In this document: piece by piece, positions 59,521 through 64,000 of the stretch
Layout of the letters: every line of letters begins with the position of its first letter
Position numbering within the stretch: position 1 is the first letter of the stretch
Assembly (NCBI GenBank): GCA_028534125.1
Contig: CM052832.1
Span: forward strand, 10,852,001 to 10,916,000
Origin: Lama glama
Taxonomy: Eukaryota
DNA length: 64,000 bases
Direction of reading: 5' to 3'
The notes under the pieces: generated by a model
Seen by the model: only the letters and a program-made list of their open reading frames with translations
What the model was told of the DNA's origin: nothing
The model's database searches: none
Program-made: the position numbers and the translations under genes

Positions 59521-60859
59521 CATATATATCACTTATATATATTTATTTTTATTTTATAGTGTGTATATATATATATATTTTTTTTACTGTGCACTCTTGT
59601 TTTGAGATTCAGGGGATGATGGAGTTGGCAGGGGTAGAGTGGTATTCAGAGAAGAGAAACAGCAAATAATATGCTTGTGAACAATGGTCTATCCCCCATT
59701 TTACAGATGAACAAACTGAGGCCCAGAGAGGACAATTGACTTGTTCATGATGGCAGCGTTAAATGAGAGCTCAGGAGTAATAATAGCGCAGGCCTTCAGG
59801 GGTTAGGGGGACGTGGGGAGGGCAGGGCTGCTTCCACTAGTCTAGCTGTGCAGGAATGGGCACTGCTTTTTTCTTTAAGAAATTAATTCAGCAGCAGCTA
59901 ATCCCTACAGCAGCGATAAACAGAGCTAGTATCCAAGCATTTGGTTTGTGGCAGGAGACAGAGTCCCTTGTGGCTGGTGCCAGGTGTTCCACACTCTGGA
60001 GAGGAGGGGTTGGGTAGCTAAAAAGAGGTTGCACTTGGAACGGATGGGACTGGGTCTCCTCCTGGGCAGCCCAGCTGTCCATCTAAGTTCCCCACAGTGG
60101 AGGCATCTGGTCTCCCACATCTTACTCTCTGCTCCTGAAAAGAGGGAGGAGGAACAGAAGCCCCAGCCAGTTTTATGGTTGAGGAAGTTGGCATTCAGAA
60201 ATATTCAGCAGTTTGCCCCAGGGCAATTTTCTAAGCAGATTGCCATTAGAGTCTGCCCTAGAGCCTGGACCACTGTGTTTTCTGCCTGCCCTGGGCCCCT
60301 TCCCCAGCATTCGAAGGGTCTGCTCCTACAATACACAGGTCGGGGCCGCCATGCCCACAGGGGGCTGTGTCCGGTCCTCTCTGCCACCTGAGCTGTCTCT
60401 ATGGGACTCCACCAGGGCGGGGAAACCCAGCGCACTCTCAGAACCCCTCGGAAAGTTCTTCCTTGGTTTGTTCTCTTTATACAGAGAACATCCCATTGCC
60501 CCTTCAAAACTCCCCACTCTAAGAACAATGTCTTCCACCTCCTGTTTGCCCCATGCCTGGCCCAGAGCCTGGCTGAGTATGTGTTCTGGAAATGTCAGTT
60601 CTCTGCCCTGTCCTTACATGGCCGACCTTTGCAATACTTACTTGAAGATGAGTCTGGGATTTTCTGACTATCCGTGTCGTAGCCGATCCAATTCCTGGAA
60701 GCGGCAGCAGAAAGGCCCTTACCCCTTGAAACAGGATTGTGAATGCACGTGCATCGGGGGCTGCAGGCAGGTAACGGGACGAAGCCCGCCTGATGGTTCT
60801 CTAGGGACTCACCTAAGTAAGTGAGCATTCCACTCAGCTCCAGCCCACACTAGTTTCAA

Positions 60860-61010
60860 GAACCTCTGGACCCAGCGCTACCAGAACTTTGCATTGTCAA
60901 GGGAAGCAGAAACCTGAATTTCTACGTGAAATTCCCTAATTTGAACAGTGTTGGCATTAAATGCATCTTTTAAAAAAGACACTGTGCAGTCAGATTAAAC
61001 AGAATACACA
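60860..61010. mobile_element. hAT-Charlie MITE fragment (MER102-like)
   Basis: ATTTCTACGTGAAATTCCCT..TGTTGGCA..TTTTAAAAAAGACACTGTGC. Confidence 0.5.
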
Positions 61011-61329
61011 GCTGAGCTACCCCTTTGCAAACTCACGGTAGCACTTTCTTAAGCACAGGGCTGGAGAGACCACAGAAGGGGCAGGGTGGGTGCGGGTCTG
61101 CAGGAGAGGGTTCAGTAGAAGTCCTCCCTCTTTCCCTCTCCTGGAACCTTGTAGGGGGAGCAGGGACTCACCTGGACTGGAGACTGTACTTCACTGGCCG
61201 CTGTGGTTGTGCCCTAGGCCCTCAAACTCCACCCCCTACCCCATTTTTTTCGGGGTCCCTCTCTCCCCCTGACCTCATCACACTTCTTCCTTTCCCATGG
61301 GTAAATGAGAGGGGAAAAAAACATCAAGT

Positions 61330-61610
61330 CCCGTGCGTTCCACGGCTTGGCTTGTCGACGTTCATCTCAAATGTCTTCTCAGCAAATCTCCATGTTTTCA
61401 ATTACCTCCTAACTCACCTCCAGGGAGCCCAGCCAAGCAGGAGGATTAGTAGAATAATGAGTTTAAATTATTTAGTTCCCCCCTCCCCTTCTTTATTCTG
61501 TGGCAGTATTGAATCTAATCCAGGTCCAGATGCATTGGATGATACATGACAGGTTATGGCTAATAACTGATCTCATTTTCAAATTAATATGCAAATTCCT
61601 CCTCAGAGCT
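61330..61610. promoter_or_regulatory. Candidate POU/K50-homeodomain enhancer
   Basis: GGATTA 61443-61448, TAATCC 61516-61521, octamer ATGCAAAT 61589-61596. Confidence 0.45.
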
Positions 61611-61881
61611 GAGGAACAAGAGAGGCTCGTTGGGAACAGCAGGGAAGGGAGGGTGTGAGTGAGGAGGGGATGAGGAGGGAGGAGGCTGCAGTGTTCCCTC
61701 TTCCCCCTGAAGCCTAATCAGAATCTTCATATGAGGGACAGGGAAGAGGAAACATGACAGCACGGGAAATCTTCATCAAACCGAGTCCCCAAGCATCCTC
61801 ACATCTCCCTCTCCAGGGAGGCTGGGTGATCTTTGGGCGGCAGAGCTGGAGGGGACTCCACCCCCATTTTACAGATAAAGG

Positions 61882-62291
61882 TATTAGGGAAATGACAGGC
61901 CAGCAAGAAACAAGCACCACTCAAGAGAGTTGGAGTACTCAGATTTATTACTCCAGCGGGCTCAGAGGGTCTTTTGCTCCGAAGCTCTGAGCACCTTGAA
62001 GACGTATGCATGAGGTTTTATAGGGTTAATTACAAGTATGGGACTATTAGCCAATAAGACTCGAACAACAGAAAGCAAGGAATCAGTACACTAGAGCTTC
62101 TCTATTAGGAAAAGACCACGTAACTGACACTTGTTGAGCTTGGATTTACGAGTTAGCTTGTTAGCCCAGTAAACCAACACTAAACTTCAGATTTACGAGT
62201 TAGCCCAGCACAACTTAGATCAGTAAACTGACACTTGTTACACTTAGATTTATGAGTTATCTTGTTAGCCCAGCCCGGCTTATCCTTCACA
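61882..62291 (-). mobile_element. Well-preserved solo LTR (410 bp) inserted in a MIR core
   Basis: AAGG TSD at 61878-61881 and 62292-62295 splits CCCCATTTTACAGATAAAGG/AACTGAGGCCC; on minus, AATAAA at 61944-61949 and TATAAAA at 62016-62022; tandem U3 repeats. Confidence 0.9.
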
Positions 62292-63004
62292 AAGGAACTG
62301 AGGCCCGAAGTCACCAAGCCTGTGGGAAGCCAGGTTGTGCTTACAAACCAGAATATTTGAGGGCCCCTGTGCCAGCAGGAACGCAAGGGAGCTCGGTCTT
62401 CCCTGAAGTGGGCAGCAGGAGAAATGAGATTCCTTCCACTCCTGGATGAAAATTCACCCCTTCCTGGTACAGAAAAAGGCCCTCTATTACATGGGATTCT
62501 CTGGAGGGCCATACATGGTATCCAGCTGGAGTGCTGACCATCTCTGATAATTACCAGCTGGACAACTGAATTCATCGCTGAAGCCATGAGCATGGAGCAC
62601 GCAACTGGGCACCTGCTATATTCCAGTCCTTGTGTGGTGCACTCGGGATAAACATTCGTCCTGTGTTCATTTAATCATCAGTTCCATGTAATAGATAGGA
62701 AAGCCAAGTCCTAGTGAATGCCCGGGGAGAGATTTCCTAGCACAGGTGGGTCTGTCCTGGGCTCGCTCTGTCTCCCAGGCTGCCTGTTTGCTTTCAGGCT
62801 GATTGTGGCTGTATGCAACCTGGATTCCCTCTGTATTTTGAAAAGGCTGACGAAAAGATGAGTTGGCACCTTCCCAGCTCACCCTGGAAGATGGGTTATC
62901 GGGAGGGAAGGGGGTCACTGGCTGCGGGTGACCCGCAGCTAGTGAAGAGGAAGTAGTGGCTCTTTGGCTGGGAGGGAACTGGGCCTGGCAGAGAGTGTCG
63001 TGGG

Positions 63005-63170
63005 CCAGAGATTGACGTCTGTAATGCCTCATTAGGCAGGATTGTCTCAGCAGGAGCCCTGTTCCCTTAATCACTTAATCTTAATGTTGGTTTCCTTAAT
63101 GTGTATTTACCCTCCTGTCTTATCCCTTCTCTGGGCTGCTGTCACTGCTGTCATTAGAGCTGCATCTCAG
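63005..63170. promoter_or_regulatory. Candidate homotypic homeodomain-site cluster
   Basis: CTTAAT four times within 63066-63100, plus TAATGCCTCATTA at 63022-63034. Confidence 0.4.
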
Positions 63171-63332
63171 ATTCTGAGGCTGCTGAATGCTGGAGGAGGG
63201 GAAGCTGTGGGCCCAGGGGTTCAGGGGGAACTTCCTGCTCATCTTTCTGACTCAGTGTCCTCCGTGGAAAGCAAGGACTCAGGGTCCAGAGTCCCAGGGG
63301 GATGCTGAGGAGGAGAAATTAGGAGATACTCA

Positions 63333-63542
63333 AGTGATGCCGTCTAGTATGACAGCCACTAGCCACACCTGCCTCTTTACATTTGCATTTAAATTAATTA
63401 AAATTTAACAAAGTTAAAAATTTAGTTCATCAGTCAAACTAGCACTCACACTAGTGTTCAGTGGCCACACGTGGCTGGTGGTTACTATATTAGCTTGAAC
63501 AGAGCATTTCTATCATCACAGAAATTTCTATTGGATACTGCT
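63333..63542 (-). mobile_element. MER3-like hAT MITE
   Basis: AGCCACTAGCCACA..TAAATTAATTAAAATT..GCCACACGTGGCTGGTGG..AGCATTTCTATCATCACAGAAA. Confidence 0.85.
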
Positions 63543-64000
63543 ATGCTAAGGCGTTTCCTGTGTCTTAAGCATCTGATTCCTGGTTTGATTCCTGGGAGAT
63601 TCCCTGGTCTTCCTGGCCCTACATCCATCTGCAGCACCCAGTTCAGATGTGATGGGGCTGGGTACGTGGCACCCAACCTCCAAAACCAGAAGAGGGGTTG
63701 AGGTGATCTGTTTATCCATCCAGGAGTCAAGCCATTTATATTCCAACATGCATAACCCACATATAATGGGCCATTACAAGTTTAAAGCACTTCCATTTGT
63801 CTTATAATTAACCAGTTGTAAACGGGAGAGGAGGGTCCCTTTGCCTGGGGGATTGAAGGGAGGTTTCAAAGTAAGGAAACCAGAGAGCATCAAAAATGAG
63901 GTGGTGTTGGACTTCCCAGGTGTGAGAGTTGTCCCCTGCTGGTCTTTTCCTTCCAAAATGAACATTTCCTAAAGTGCAGGACCACAGCACAGAGGAATCA

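Noticed and set aside
60213..60824. 203-aa ORF
   Set aside because: Non-ATG start, Pro/Ser/Cys-rich random composition, no domain recognised
62121..62273. Repeat-spacer pattern resembling a CRISPR array
   Set aside because: Mammalian DNA; irregular degenerate repeats inside an LTR U3; no cas genes

Overview
Mammalian non-coding genomic DNA, most likely from a camelid (camel, llama or alpaca). The evidence is a tRNA-Ala-derived SINE of the camelid Vic-1 type and an internally deleted Tigger1, with no recognisable Alu, B1/B2, BovB/Bov-A, PRE or CAN SINEs. I found no credible protein-coding gene, tRNA, rRNA or CRISPR array. The only ORF-track peptides I recognise are decayed LINE-1 ORF2 C-terminal fragments. 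Much of the window is old interspersed repeat: MIR, L2, CR1/L3, L1M, MaLR/MLT1, ERVL LTR16/LTR33, MER21, and hAT and Tigger MITEs, often nested. It also holds several better-preserved ERV1-class LTRs, two with perfect 4-bp target-site duplications. Between the repeats lie repeat-free blocks rich in homeodomain, SOX, POU, FOX and TCF-type motifs, some retaining CpG. This suggests the enhancer landscape (gene desert or large intron) of a developmental regulator that I cannot identify. There is one 100-N gap with a probable false duplication. I cannot establish a new biological system from sequence alone. The best leads are the enhancer-like blocks, an LTR with triplicated posterior-HOX-type sites, a MER41-like LTR with two near-miss STAT sites, a dispersed ~39-bp minisatellite, and two candidate spliced exons. 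All repeat family names come from my recall of consensus sequences, not a database search, and boundaries without TSDs are approximate.
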